Shown here one piece after another: positions 28,265-38,383 of a DNA stretch of 64,000 bases (position 1 is the first letter of the stretch; each line of letters begins with the position of its first letter). The notes beneath the pieces were generated by a model that saw nothing but the letters and a program-made list of their open reading frames with translations, was not told the DNA's origin and did no database searches. A program made the translations under genes and the position numbers. The DNA is from an uncultured Actinomycetes bacterium. Its GTDB lineage: Bacteria; Actinomycetota; JAICYB01. The DNA lies in contig CAZLKN010000005.1 of NCBI GenBank assembly GCA_964560135.1, positions 18,731 to 82,730 of the forward strand, given 5' to 3'.

Positions 28265-29251
28265 CTAGCCTCCGATGGCGACCATGGCCCGGTTCGGCTG
28301 GACGAAGCCCGGTCGGCCGATCTGGTGCCCGCGCTCTTTGGTGAGGACGGCGGCCCGGAACAGGTCCGCGAGATCGCCGTCGGACGCACCCCCGCGCAGC
28401 AGCGCCTTGACGTCGTGCTCCTGCGTCGAGAACAGGCAGGTGCGCAACTGCCCGTCGGCGGTGATCCGGATCCGGTCGCAGCGCGTGCAGAAGGGCTCGG
28501 TGACCGATCCGATCACGCCGAAGCGCCCGCGGCCGTCGGTGAACCGGTAGCGCCGCGCGGGCTCGCGCTCGTCGTCGCCTTCGGCCTCGAAGGGGGCCAC
28601 CGCCCGCACGGCCTCCAGGATCTCGCTGACGGGCACGACCTTGTCCCGCGACCAGTTGCGGTCACCGTCCAAGGGCATGAACTCGATGTACCGCACCTCG
28701 TAGTCCTGCTCGCGTCCCCAGGCCGCGAGCTCGCCGATCTCGTCGTCGTTCACGGCGCGCATCACGACGCAGTTCACCTTCACCGGCTCGAGGCCGGCGG
28801 CCTTGGCTGCGGCGATCCCGTCCAGCACCTCCGGGAGGTGGTCGCGGCGGGTGACCTCGGCGAAACGTTCCCGGCGCAGCGAGTCGAGCGACACGTTGAT
28901 CCGTCCGAGGCCGGCGCGGGCCAGCGGCTCGGCGAGCTCACGCAGGAAGAAGGCGTTGGTCGTGATCGACAGATCGAGGTCGGGGTCGATGTCGCGCAGC
29001 ATCGCCACGAGGCGGTCGAGCCCCTTGCGCATCAGGGGTTCGCCGCCGGTGAGCCGCACGGTGTGGATGCCGAAGCCGTTGAGGACGCCCACCAGCCGTG
29101 CGATCTCCTCGAAGGTCAGGATCTGCTCGCGGGGGGCCCACTCGCTGTAGTCCTCGGGCATGCAGTAGGTGCAGCGGAAGTTGCACCGGTCGGTGACCGA
29201 GATGCGTACGTCCCCCACGGTGCGTCCGAACATGTCCACGAGCGGCTCCAT
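28265..29251 (-). CDS. moaA: GTP 3',8-cyclase MoaA
   Basis: CNFRCTYC radical SAM cluster and C-terminal CTRCDRIR cluster. Confidence 0.9.
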   Translation of the reverse strand: MEPLVDMFGRTVGDVRISVTDRCNFRCTYCMPEDYSEWAPREQILTFEEIARLVGVLNGFGIHTVRLTGGEPLMRKGLDRLVAMLRDIDPDLDLSITTNAFFLRELAEPLARAGLGRINVSLDSLRRERFAEVTRRDHLPEVLDGIAAAKAAGLEPVKVNCVVMRAVNDDEIGELAAWGREQDYEVRYIEFMPLDGDRNWSRDKVVPVSEILEAVRAVAPFEAEGDDEREPARRYRFTDGRGRFGVIGSVTEPFCTRCDRIRITADGQLRTCLFSTQEHDVKALLRGGASDGDLADLFRAAVLTKERGHQIGRPGFVQPNRAMVAIGG

Positions 29252-29277
29252 CCCCGCATCCTACCGCGAACCGACCT

Positions 29278-30825
29278 TCAGTCCCCGCCCCAGCCCCCGC
29301 CCCCGGGGGTTTCGATCCGTACCCGGGCGCCGCGGCGCAGCAGCCGCGTGACCTTGCCCGGCACCGGCTCGCCGTCGATCAGGTCCCGGCCCGGCTCGCC
29401 GGGCGAGCCGCCCGCGGCGCCCCACGGCCCCCGGGTGCGTCGCTCGCCCTGCAGCGTCACCCACGCCTCCGGGGCGAGGACCTCGAGCTCGCGGACGACG
29501 CCGTCGCCCCCGGGGTGGCGGCCGGCGCCCCCGCTGCCCTCCCGCAGGCCGTAGGCCACCGCCCGCAGCGGGTAGGCGTGCTCCAGCGCCTCCACGGGGG
29601 TATTGCGGGTGTTCGTCATGCCCGTATGGACCCCCGAGGCCCCCGGCCCCCAGGGCGACCCGCCCTGCCCCCCGGCGATGGTCTCGTAGTAGGAGAACGG
29701 ACGGCCCTCGTCGTCGACGCCGCCGATGAGCAGGTTGTTCATCGTCCCCTGGCTCGCCGCCGGCACCCGGTCGGGAACGGCGAGCGCGAACGCTCCCCAT
29801 ACCGCGTCGCAGATCCGCTGCGAGCATTCCACGTTGCCCGCGCCCACCGCGGCCGGGGGCCGGGCGTTGACCACGGTCCCCGGCGGCGCGATCACCCGCA
29901 GGGCCCGCCAGCAGCCCGCGTTCACGGGCACGTCCGGCGGCACCAGGCACCGCAGCACGTACCCTGCGGCGCTCACGGCCACCGCCTCGACGGCGTTGAT
30001 GCTGCCGCGCACCTGGGGGTCGGACCCGGTGAGGTCGATCTCGACGCCGCCGTTGCCGAGCCGCAGCGTGCAGCGGATCGTGACCGGGCCGGACCCAGCG
30101 CCGTCGTCGTCCAGCATGTCGGAGAAGGTCCATTCGCCTTGGGGCAGCTCGTCGAGCGCCGCCCGGACGCGGGCCTCGGCGTAGTCGGCGAGCGCACCGA
30201 AGGATTCCAGCAGCCCGTCCGTCCCGTGACGCTCGACGAGCTCACCGAGCCGCACGGCCCCCCGGGCGTTGGCCCCCGCCTGCGCCAGGAGGTCGCCCTC
30301 CCGCTCGGCAGGGGTCCTGGAGTTGGCGACCACGAACCGCAGCACGCCGGCGTCGACCTCGCCCCCGCGGTACAGAAGCACCGGCGGGACGCGCGTCCCC
30401 TCCTGGAAGATCTCGGTGGCTCCTGCGGGGATCGAGCCCGGGGTCCCGCCGCCCACGTCGGTGTGATGGGCGCGGTTGGCGGTATACCCGATCAGCCCGC
30501 CGTCTGCGTGCACGGGGCCCACGAGCGTCAGGTCGTTGAGATGCGTCCCACCCGCCCAGGGATCGTTCAGGAGCACCTGGTCGCCGTCACCGAGCTCCGG
30601 GTAGGCGGCCAGGGCCGCCGCCACCGACGCGGGCATCGACCCCAGGTGGACGGGGATGTGCTCGGCCTGCGCCACCAGCTCCCCGGACGGACCGAACACC
30701 GCCGCCGAGCAGTCCTCACGCTCCTTGATGTTCGGCGAGTAGGCGGTGCGGCGCAGCACCGCCCCCATCTCGTCGGCCACGCCCTCCAGGGCATGGCGCA
30801 GGACCTCGAGCGCGACCGGGTCCAT
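29278..30825 (-). CDS. Hydantoinase B / 5-oxoprolinase subunit
   Basis: HyuB family conserved regions; ATG shares one nt with the hyuA stop (TGATG). Confidence 0.8.
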   Translation of the reverse strand: MDPVALEVLRHALEGVADEMGAVLRRTAYSPNIKEREDCSAAVFGPSGELVAQAEHIPVHLGSMPASVAAALAAYPELGDGDQVLLNDPWAGGTHLNDLTLVGPVHADGGLIGYTANRAHHTDVGGGTPGSIPAGATEIFQEGTRVPPVLLYRGGEVDAGVLRFVVANSRTPAEREGDLLAQAGANARGAVRLGELVERHGTDGLLESFGALADYAEARVRAALDELPQGEWTFSDMLDDDGAGSGPVTIRCTLRLGNGGVEIDLTGSDPQVRGSINAVEAVAVSAAGYVLRCLVPPDVPVNAGCWRALRVIAPPGTVVNARPPAAVGAGNVECSQRICDAVWGAFALAVPDRVPAASQGTMNNLLIGGVDDEGRPFSYYETIAGGQGGSPWGPGASGVHTGMTNTRNTPVEALEHAYPLRAVAYGLREGSGGAGRHPGGDGVVRELEVLAPEAWVTLQGERRTRGPWGAAGGSPGEPGRDLIDGEPVPGKVTRLLRRGARVRIETPGGGGWGGD

Positions 30826-32783
30826 CAGGCCTCCATCACCAGCGCCCCGGACGGGTGTACGACGGCGGTCCATCCCGGCGGGACCCACACCGTCGAGTCC
30901 GTCTCCGTCACCATCGCCGGGCCGGGGAGCCGTGCTTCGGCGGGCAGGCCGCCGCGCTCGTGCACCGCCACGCGAACGCCTTCCACCTCACGGTGTCCCG
31001 CAGCCTCCATGCGACCGCTCGCCGGTGCGGCCGTCCGCACCTCCTCCGGGGGCCCGGTCGCCGAGGCGCGGAAGGTCACGGCTTCCACGGGAACCTCGGT
31101 GCGGGCGAACCCGTAGCGCCCACGGTGGGCCTCGTGGAAGGCGCCGGTGAGGGCGGCGAACGACGGACGTCCGTCCACCGCGAGCCGCAGCTCGTGGGAC
31201 TGGCCGTCGTAGCGCAGGTCGGCAGCGAGTTCGATGCGGGCCTCCGGGTAGTCGACCCCCTCCTCGGCCAGCTCCGCCAGCACCTGTTCGGTGAGCTCGT
31301 GCAGGACGCTGCGCATCTCGCCGTCGCGACGGGGGTCGGCGGGTATCGGGTGCGACACCGAAGCCTCAGCCCGGCGGGAGGCGACGAGCAGCCCGAGCGC
31401 GGCCAGCGCCCCCGGCACCGGTGGGACGACCACGCGCCGGATCCCCAGCTCCGCGGCGAGCTCGGCCCCCTGCAGTGGCCCGGCGCCACCGAAGGCGACG
31501 AGCGCGTAGTCGCGGACGTCGCGCCCGCGCTCGATCGACACCGAGCGGATCGCCCTCGCCATCGTGGCCCGCACGACCTGCAGGATCCCGCGCGCGCTGT
31601 CGGCGGCGTCGAGACCCGCGCGGCGCCCGAGACGCTCCACCGCCGCGCGTGCGGCGTCCGGGTCCAGAGCCAGCTCCCCGCCGGCCAGCCCCTCGGCCCC
31701 CAGATGCCCGAGCACGAGGTGCGCGTCGGTGACGGTGGCGTCGGTTCCGCCCAGCCCGTAGCACGCCGGGCCGGGATCGGCGCCCGCGGAGGCCGGGCCG
31801 GCCCGCAGCGCGCCGCCGCTGTCGAGCCAGCCGATGCTTCCACCCCCCGCCCCCACCGAGATCACGTCGAGGCAGGGGGTCCTGAAGGGGAGACCGTCCA
31901 GGGAGGCCTCCTCGGCCGCCAGGGGGCGTCCGCCGTCCACGATGGCCACGTCCGCCGAGGTGCCGCCCATATCGAGACTCACCACGTCCGCGAACCCGCA
32001 CCGCTCGGCGGCCCATGCCGCCCCGAGGACGCCGGCCGCCGGACCAGACAGCAGCGTGTGAACCGGCCGGTCGGCCGACCGTGCGATCCCACGCACCCCG
32101 CCGCCGGACCACATCACACCGACCCGCGCCCCCGGGACGGCCCCGTCGATCCGGCGCAGGTACCGGGACAGGACCGGCTGCACGTAGGCGTTGAGCGTGG
32201 TGGTGGACGCCCGCTCGTACTCGCGGATCTCGGGCACCACATCGCTGGACAGCGAGACGGGCACGTCCGGCACCGCCGCGGCGAGAAGCTCCCCGACCCG
32301 ACGTTCGTGGGTGGGGTCGGCGTACGAGTGCAGCAGCGCCACCGCCACCGCATCCACGCGTCCGGCGATGCTCTCCACAGCCCGCCGGAGGGCGGCCTCG
32401 TCGAGCTCGCGGATCACCTCACCCCGGGGGCCGATCCGCTCGGCCACACCGACGCACAGCTCCCGGTCCACCAACGGCACGGGGGGTGCGGCCTTGAGGT
32501 CGTAGAGCGACGGACGCGTCTGGCGTGCCAGGTGCAGCAGATGCCGGAACCCCTCGGTGCCGAGGAAGGCCACCCGTGCGCCGGTGCGCGTGAGGACGGC
32601 GTTGGTGGCCACCGTGGTGCCGTGGCGGAGTTCGTCGGGGTCGCCGTCCGCGCGCCGCAGGGCCTCGAGGAAGCCCCGGGCGGGGTCGTCGGGGGTCGAG
32701 GGCACCTTGGCCACGTCCACGGTGCCGTCACGCTCGACCACCAGGTCGGTGAACGTCCCGCCGATGTCGATGCCGACCCTCAT
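30825..32783 (-). CDS. Hydantoinase A / 5-oxoprolinase subunit (ATP-dependent)
   Basis: 652 aa; N-terminal GIDIGGTFTD sugar-kinase-like ATPase motif. Confidence 0.8.
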   Translation of the reverse strand: MRVGIDIGGTFTDLVVERDGTVDVAKVPSTPDDPARGFLEALRRADGDPDELRHGTTVATNAVLTRTGARVAFLGTEGFRHLLHLARQTRPSLYDLKAAPPVPLVDRELCVGVAERIGPRGEVIRELDEAALRRAVESIAGRVDAVAVALLHSYADPTHERRVGELLAAAVPDVPVSLSSDVVPEIREYERASTTTLNAYVQPVLSRYLRRIDGAVPGARVGVMWSGGGVRGIARSADRPVHTLLSGPAAGVLGAAWAAERCGFADVVSLDMGGTSADVAIVDGGRPLAAEEASLDGLPFRTPCLDVISVGAGGGSIGWLDSGGALRAGPASAGADPGPACYGLGGTDATVTDAHLVLGHLGAEGLAGGELALDPDAARAAVERLGRRAGLDAADSARGILQVVRATMARAIRSVSIERGRDVRDYALVAFGGAGPLQGAELAAELGIRRVVVPPVPGALAALGLLVASRRAEASVSHPIPADPRRDGEMRSVLHELTEQVLAELAEEGVDYPEARIELAADLRYDGQSHELRLAVDGRPSFAALTGAFHEAHRGRYGFARTEVPVEAVTFRASATGPPEEVRTAAPASGRMEAAGHREVEGVRVAVHERGGLPAEARLPGPAMVTETDSTVWVPPGWTAVVHPSGALVMEA

Positions 32784-33412
32784 CGCTCTGCGGGTGGCGC
32801 GTCGAACAGCACGCGGGAGGCCACCGAGCGGACCGGAGAGGCCCCCTGCGAGAGGTCCTCACCCATCCCCTCGAGCCGGCGTGCCAGGATCATCGCCAGG
32901 ATCACCCATGCCATCAGCCGGTAGGGGGCCGGCTGGCCGCGCAGGTGCGCCACGACCGGGATCGACGCGAACCCGACCATGGACGAGACCCCGCCGGCCT
33001 TGGACAGGCTCCCCACCGCCGTGACCACGCCCGCCACCACCATCTCGAAGGGCAGCAGGGCCAGGAACGATCCCGCCGAGGCTGCGAGCCCGCGGCCGGC
33101 GAAGATCCGGAGGAAGGGAGGCCAGCAGTGCCCGCACACGGCTCCCACCGCGCAGGCGGCGGCCGGGTACGGGCCGGCGACCCGCGCTGCGATCAGGGTC
33201 GGGACCAGCGCCTTGAGGACGTCCAGCGTGGCGGCGGCCGTGGCGGCGCGTCCCGCACCCGCCTCGCGCAGGAGCACGTGCGCGTCGGCCCCGCCGCTGC
33301 CGCGCTTCGCGTGGTCGAGCACCGCGCGCCGCCCCCACACCACCGAGGCGAGGTACGCCGACGGGATCGAGCCGGCGACATACCCCAGGATGGCCCAGAT
33401 GAGAACGCTCAT
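32780..33412 (-). CDS. plsY: Glycerol-3-phosphate acyltransferase PlsY
   Basis: 210 aa; GSIPSAYL N-terminus, polytopic; stop overlaps the hyuA start (ATGA). Confidence 0.75.
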   Translation of the reverse strand: MSVLIWAILGYVAGSIPSAYLASVVWGRRAVLDHAKRGSGGADAHVLLREAGAGRAATAAATLDVLKALVPTLIAARVAGPYPAAACAVGAVCGHCWPPFLRIFAGRGLAASAGSFLALLPFEMVVAGVVTAVGSLSKAGGVSSMVGFASIPVVAHLRGQPAPYRLMAWVILAMILARRLEGMGEDLSQGASPVRSVASRVLFDAPPAER

Positions 33413-33468
33413 ATGCGTCTCAGAAGGTATCCTAGCCGCGCCGGGGGAACGTCGAACAAGGTGAGGGC

Positions 33469-34788
33469 TTGCAGCCGCCTGAAGCCGTACCTGGGAGGGA
33501 GTACTTCCGCAACCGTCCCTTCCGCATCCTCTGGATCGGGCAGACGATCGCGAGCCTCGGCGACTGGGTGGCGACCTTCGGGCTCATGCTCTTCGTCCGG
33601 GAGCTCACCCTCGGAGCCCCCTACGAGGGCCTGGCGATCTCCGGGATCCTCGGCTTCCGGATCCTGCCCGCCCTGATCGCCGCCCCGATCGCGTCGTCCA
33701 TCGCCGACCGGTTCGATCGCCGCCGGACCATGGTCCTCGCGACCGTCGTGCGGGCGGCGCTCATCGCCACCGTCCCGTTCGCTCCGCAGCTCGCGGCGGT
33801 GTACGCGATCGCGTTCGCCATGGAGGTCGCCGGGCTGATCTTCCTGCCCGCCCGGGACGCCGTCGTGCCGGGACTCGTGAGCGAAGACCACCTGGCTGGC
33901 GCGAACGCGCTCATCATGCTCTCCCAGTGGGGGGCCATCCCGATCGCCGGCGGCTTCGTGGTCGCCGCGGACGCCGCGTCGGGAGCCCTCGCCGGCGTCC
34001 CGGTGATCGGCATGCTCGCCGAGGAACGGTTCGCACTGCCGTTCTTCTTCAACGCCGTCACGCTGCTGACCGCGGCCTGGCTGATCGGCTCCTTGCCCCG
34101 CAGCGTCGGAGCGGTCAGGCGCGACCGCGCCGCGGTCATCGAGCAGAACCCGCTGCATGCGATGCAGGCGGAGATGACGGGCGGCACCCGGTTCCTCCTG
34201 CACGATCCGGGGCTGCGCGGCCTCATCCTCGGGATGGCACTGGCCACGGGTGCCGGCGGCGCACTCTTCTCCCTGGGGATCCCCTACGTGAAGACCACGC
34301 TGGGTGCGTCCGACTCGATCTTCGGGACGCTGATCGCGATCTGGGGCGTGGGGATGGCGTTCGGGGCCTTCGTCTCACAGCGCTCCCGAAGGCGCGAGGC
34401 CGAGTTGTTCCGGCTGGCGCTCGGTGGATGCGGGGCGATCCTGATCGCGATGGGGGCGGTGCCCCAGGTCTGGCTCGCCCTGTCCCTCGCCGTCGGGTTC
34501 GGCGCCGGCCTGTCCATCGCCCTCGTACTCGGCATCACCCTCGCCCAGCGCACCGCTCCGCCTGAGGTGCGGGGCCGCGTGATGGCCGCCGTCCACGTGC
34601 TCGCCCGTATCTTCCTGATCCTCGGGGCCGTTCTGGCCGGCGCGATGGCCGCGCTGCTGTCCCGCGTGCAGCCGGTCCCGGGTTTGCAGGACGGCAACCG
34701 GTACGCGTTCATCCTCGCGGGGGCCGGGATGATCGCCGGAGGCTTCGCCGCCCGCACCGGTGCCTCACGTCTCGAGGCACCCGAATAG
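33469..34788 (+). CDS. MFS transporter
   Basis: 439 aa, 12 TM; start codon uncertain (TTG at 33469). Confidence 0.75.
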   Translation: MQPPEAVPGREYFRNRPFRILWIGQTIASLGDWVATFGLMLFVRELTLGAPYEGLAISGILGFRILPALIAAPIASSIADRFDRRRTMVLATVVRAALIATVPFAPQLAAVYAIAFAMEVAGLIFLPARDAVVPGLVSEDHLAGANALIMLSQWGAIPIAGGFVVAADAASGALAGVPVIGMLAEERFALPFFFNAVTLLTAAWLIGSLPRSVGAVRRDRAAVIEQNPLHAMQAEMTGGTRFLLHDPGLRGLILGMALATGAGGALFSLGIPYVKTTLGASDSIFGTLIAIWGVGMAFGAFVSQRSRRREAELFRLALGGCGAILIAMGAVPQVWLALSLAVGFGAGLSIALVLGITLAQRTAPPEVRGRVMAAVHVLARIFLILGAVLAGAMAALLSRVQPVPGLQDGNRYAFILAGAGMIAGGFAARTGASRLEAPE

Positions 34789-34842
34789 CGCGCACCGCCG
34801 CCTCATCGTGGATCGGAGGTCGAGCGGGGCGGAACGACGCCG

Positions 34843-34923
34843 GCTACTTGCCGGCGTTCGGGCGCTTGCCGTGGTTGGCCTTCTTCTTGCGCCGCTGCTT
34901 GCGCTTACGTCCGCTCTTCGCCA
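34843..34923 (-). CDS. 50S ribosomal protein bL37-like micro-protein (26 aa)
   Basis: Not in the ORF track. Minus-strand ORF ATG-GCG-AAG... encodes MAKSGRKRKQRRKKKANHGKRPNAGK; matches the actinobacterial bL37 pattern MAKRGRKKR.RRKKANHGKRPN (from memory of mycobacterial ribosome structures). Confidence 0.6.
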
Positions 34924-35009
34924 TAAGACCGACAGTCTACCAGGCTGCGGAGAACGGAGCACCGTGCGGACCCGCCCCGCGACGACGGGCGGCATGGTAA
35001 GACTTCGGC

Positions 35010-35735
35010 GTGCCCATTCCCAGATCCGTCACGTTCCTCATCACGTCCTTGATCCTGGTTCTCTCGGCCTGCGGGACCACGACGGCGCCTGCCCCCACAC
35101 CGGCGGGCAACGGCCCCGCCGAGCGGGAGGTGACCTTCCCGACCGAAGACGGCCTCACGCTGCACGGCCGGACCTTCGGGGACGGCGAAGCGGGGATCGT
35201 GCTCTCGCACATGTTCCCGGCGGACATGACCGCATGGTTCGACGCGGCACGGCACATGGCCGGACGCGGCTACACCGTGCTCGCCTTCAACTTCCGTGGC
35301 TATCCACCCTCTGAGGGTTCCCGCGACCTGGGCACCGCGCCCGGCGACGTCCTCGCCGCGGTGGCATTCCTCCAACGCTCCGGCGTGGAGCATGTGGCTC
35401 TGGTAGGAGCGAGCATGGGTGGAACGGCGTCGTTGATGGCCGCAGCCGAGGTCGAAGTCGCTGCCGTGGTCGCGCTCTCGGCCCCCGTGCGATTCCGGGG
35501 GATGGACGTCGACGATGTCGTCCCCGCCCTGAACATGCCGGTGCTCCTGATGGCGGCCCAGGAGGACGGCCCGGGCAACGAGAGTCTGGAGGCCCTGACC
35601 GGCCGGCTCCCCGAAGCCGAAACCGACGTCTTCGGTGGCGACGCCCACGGGACGAACCTGCTGCTCGACCGGCCGGAGTCGCTCGAGCACATCGAGCGCT
35701 TCCTGCTCGAGCACCTCCCCCCAACCGGAGGATGA
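35010..35735 (+). CDS. Secreted alpha/beta hydrolase lipoprotein (dienelactone hydrolase-like)
   Basis: Lipobox LSACG; GASMGG nucleophile elbow. Confidence 0.7.
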   Translation: MPIPRSVTFLITSLILVLSACGTTTAPAPTPAGNGPAEREVTFPTEDGLTLHGRTFGDGEAGIVLSHMFPADMTAWFDAARHMAGRGYTVLAFNFRGYPPSEGSRDLGTAPGDVLAAVAFLQRSGVEHVALVGASMGGTASLMAAAEVEVAAVVALSAPVRFRGMDVDDVVPALNMPVLLMAAQEDGPGNESLEALTGRLPEAETDVFGGDAHGTNLLLDRPESLEHIERFLLEHLPPTGG

Positions 35736-35743
35736 CCGCAGTG

Positions 35744-36025
35744 CTATCCGGCGACCGGCGAGGACACCGCCGGGCGGAGTGACGCCGGCTCGCGTGGGAC
35801 CACGGGGGCCTCCGCCTGGCGGATCTCAGCCTGGGCCACGGGCTGCGGGCGTGTACGGTCCCAGATGGCGAGACAGGCGATGCCGGCGGCTCCCGAGAAG
35901 CCGAATGCGAGGACCGGATGCATCCCGTAGACCACGAAGCTGAACGCGAGCGGCACGTTCACCACCACGCTCGTCAATGCGATCCGAACCCAGAAGCCCA
36001 TATCGAAACCCGATGAACGCTGCAT
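35744..36025 (-). CDS. Small two-TM membrane protein of unknown function
   Basis: 93 aa; AGGAGG RBS before the ATG. Confidence 0.5.
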   Translation of the reverse strand: MQRSSGFDMGFWVRIALTSVVVNVPLAFSFVVYGMHPVLAFGFSGAAGIACLAIWDRTRPQPVAQAEIRQAEAPVVPREPASLRPAVSSPVAG

Positions 36026-36133
36026 GGTCCCCTCCTAGCGATTGACAAACCTCAGGCATCATCAGGCATCGACGTCCCGCGGGCCATACCCGACACGCGA
36101 TGCGGGGACCGCAGCATCCCCCAACGGAGGGAC

Positions 36134-36751
36134 TTACCAGCCGCGCGCCCGCCACTCCCCGAGGTCCGGTCGCTCGGTACCGATGGTCGTGTCGGCGCCG
36201 TGGCCCGGATACACGGGGGTGTCGTCGGGCAGAACGAACAGCTTCTCCTCCAGCGAATCCATGATCCTGTCGAACGCCGCACCGTCTCCGAAGGTGTTGC
36301 CCGGCCCCCCGGGGAACAGCGTGTCGCCCGAGAACAGGTGCGTCTGGTCTCCCTCCCGGAGCACGAGCGAGATGCTGCCCGGGGTGTGCCCCGGCGTGTG
36401 GAGCACCTCGAGGCGGACGGGTCCCACACCAACGTCACCGCCCTCGTCGAGCGTGTCGTTCGACACCGGGATCATCTCCCGGTCCGCCGGGTGCACCAGG
36501 ACGGAGGCCCCGGTCTCACGGACGAGCTCGTCCAGCGCCTGCACGTGGTCGTAGTGACCATGCGTCTGCACGATGGTGGTGAGCCGCGCATCTCCGAGCT
36601 CGGCGAGAATCGTATCGGCCTCGTTCGATCCGTCGATCAGCAACGCGTCACCGCCCACCTTCAGCAGGTAGACGTTGTTGTCCATGGAGCCCACCGAGAT
36701 CTTGGCGATCTCGGCTGGGCCGACGGTCCTGCGCCAGCGAACCTCGCCCAT
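36134..36751 (-). CDS. MBL-fold metallo-hydrolase
   Basis: HGHYDH zinc motif, further conserved H/D positions. Confidence 0.8.
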   Translation of the reverse strand: MGEVRWRRTVGPAEIAKISVGSMDNNVYLLKVGGDALLIDGSNEADTILAELGDARLTTIVQTHGHYDHVQALDELVRETGASVLVHPADREMIPVSNDTLDEGGDVGVGPVRLEVLHTPGHTPGSISLVLREGDQTHLFSGDTLFPGGPGNTFGDGAAFDRIMDSLEEKLFVLPDDTPVYPGHGADTTIGTERPDLGEWRARGW

Positions 36752-36755
36752 CTGG

Positions 36756-37682
36756 CTAGGTGTTGGCCGCGAGACCCGAGGTCGGCTGCCGCTCGGAGAA
36801 GGTCGTGGGCCGGTCGCCGAACAGATCGCCCGATTTGGAGACGAGGCCCTCCACGCTCCAGCGGGCGTCCTGCTGGATCGCGTTGCACGGATGGTGCTGC
36901 TCGATGAGCTGCACCTCGCCGCCGAAGACCACGAAGAGCTGTCCGCTGATGTGGCCCGCTTCCTCGGTGCACAGGTAGGCGACGAAGGGGGCGATGTTGT
37001 CCGGGTCCCATGGGTCGAAGCCGTCCTCGGACTTCGGGATCTGCCCGAAGGTCATCTCGGTCATCCGCGTACGGGCCCGCGGAGCGACCGCGTTGGACGT
37101 GACCCCGTACCGCACCATCTCCCGGGCCACGCACAGCGAGAACGAGGCGATCCCGGCCTTCGCGAAGTCGTAGTTGCACTGGCCCGCGTTGCCGTAGAGG
37201 CCCGACTCCGAGGCCGTGTGCACGATCCGGCCGTACACGGGACCGCCTTCATCCTTGGAACGCTGCCGCCAGTACGAGCAGGCGAAATGGGTGGGCGCGA
37301 AGTGGCCCTTGCCGTGGACGTTGATCACCGCATCCCACTCGTCCTCGCCCATGTTGAAGACCATGCGGTCACGAAGGATGCCCGCGTTGTTCACCAGGAT
37401 GTGGAGCTCCCCGAACGTGTCCACGGCCTGCTTGATCATGCCCTCGGCGTCGCCCCAGTCCGCGACGTTGCCGTAGTTGGCCACGGCCTCGCCGCCCATG
37501 TCCTTGATCTCCTGGACGACCTGGCCAGCGGGGGTCTCGTCCGGGCCGGTGCCGTCCCAGCCCACCCCGTAGTCGTTGACGACGACCTTCGCGCCGTTGC
37601 GTGCGAGCTCCAGAGCGTGACCACGACCGATCCCGCGCCCGGCCCCCGTGACGATGGCGACCTTCCCGTCGAGCAGACCCAT
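36756..37682 (-). CDS. SDR family NAD(P)-dependent oxidoreductase
   Basis: TGAGRGIG motif, NNAG, Y..K catalytic pair. Confidence 0.85.
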   Translation of the reverse strand: MGLLDGKVAIVTGAGRGIGRGHALELARNGAKVVVNDYGVGWDGTGPDETPAGQVVQEIKDMGGEAVANYGNVADWGDAEGMIKQAVDTFGELHILVNNAGILRDRMVFNMGEDEWDAVINVHGKGHFAPTHFACSYWRQRSKDEGGPVYGRIVHTASESGLYGNAGQCNYDFAKAGIASFSLCVAREMVRYGVTSNAVAPRARTRMTEMTFGQIPKSEDGFDPWDPDNIAPFVAYLCTEEAGHISGQLFVVFGGEVQLIEQHHPCNAIQQDARWSVEGLVSKSGDLFGDRPTTFSERQPTSGLAANT

Positions 37683-37780
37683 GTGACTCTCCTCCCGATG
37701 TAGCCGTCCGCCCCAGCGTGGGGGCTTTGAGGTCTTATGCCGTCAGTATAGGAACCGGTCCCCCTACCAGGCCAAAGGGC

Positions 37781-38383
37781 CTAGTCCTGCTCGACAAGGG
37801 TCCAGCTCATCGCCAGTGAAATGGATCGACCCTCCTCGTCGGCGAGTTCGGGACAGTCCACCTCGCCCCGGATCGCCTTTTGGGTGACCTCGAGGCTGCA
37901 CGGAGCGACGAACCGCCCGAACTCGGCGTGCGTCCCCTCCGCGAGCTCGCTCAGCCGGATGATGACGCCGCTCGCCAAGCCGCCGGATCCCTCGATCGGG
38001 CTCGCACCTTCCTCGCTCAACTCGTAGGTCCCGGCCCCCCGGTACAGTCCGGGAGCCAGGTCGAACCCGACGTGGAAGAGGCGATGCTCCTCCAGGAAGA
38101 CGGGCTCAGCGAAGCCGACCTGGAGGAACCACGTCGCCTGCGGGGTCCCCTCGCCCAGGATCTCGGTGACCTGGACCCGGGCCGTGTCATGCACGTCTAC
38201 CTCGATGGCACCTCGGATCTCGATGGCCACCTCGGCTGCGTGGATCCGGATCTCGGCCCCGGGCGCCGGGGTCTCGATGGCCAGCGGTGACGGCAGGACA
38301 TCCGCATCGTCGTCCCCGTTGCCGCATGCTCCAAGGGCGGAAACGACGAGCAGCGCGGCGGCGAGCCACGCCCGGCTCAGCAC
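37781..38383 (-). CDS. Hypothetical lipoprotein
   Basis: Lipobox LGACG; 200 aa; overlaps the upstream lipoprotein gene by 7 nt. Confidence 0.55.
   Translation of the reverse strand: MLSRAWLAAALLVVSALGACGNGDDDADVLPSPLAIETPAPGAEIRIHAAEVAIEIRGAIEVDVHDTARVQVTEILGEGTPQATWFLQVGFAEPVFLEEHRLFHVGFDLAPGLYRGAGTYELSEEGASPIEGSGGLASGVIIRLSELAEGTHAEFGRFVAPCSLEVTQKAIRGEVDCPELADEEGRSISLAMSWTLVEQD

Noticed and set aside
26690-29554. 954-aa plus ORF
   Set aside because: Antisense to the thiG, hydrolase and moaA genes. Shadow ORF.
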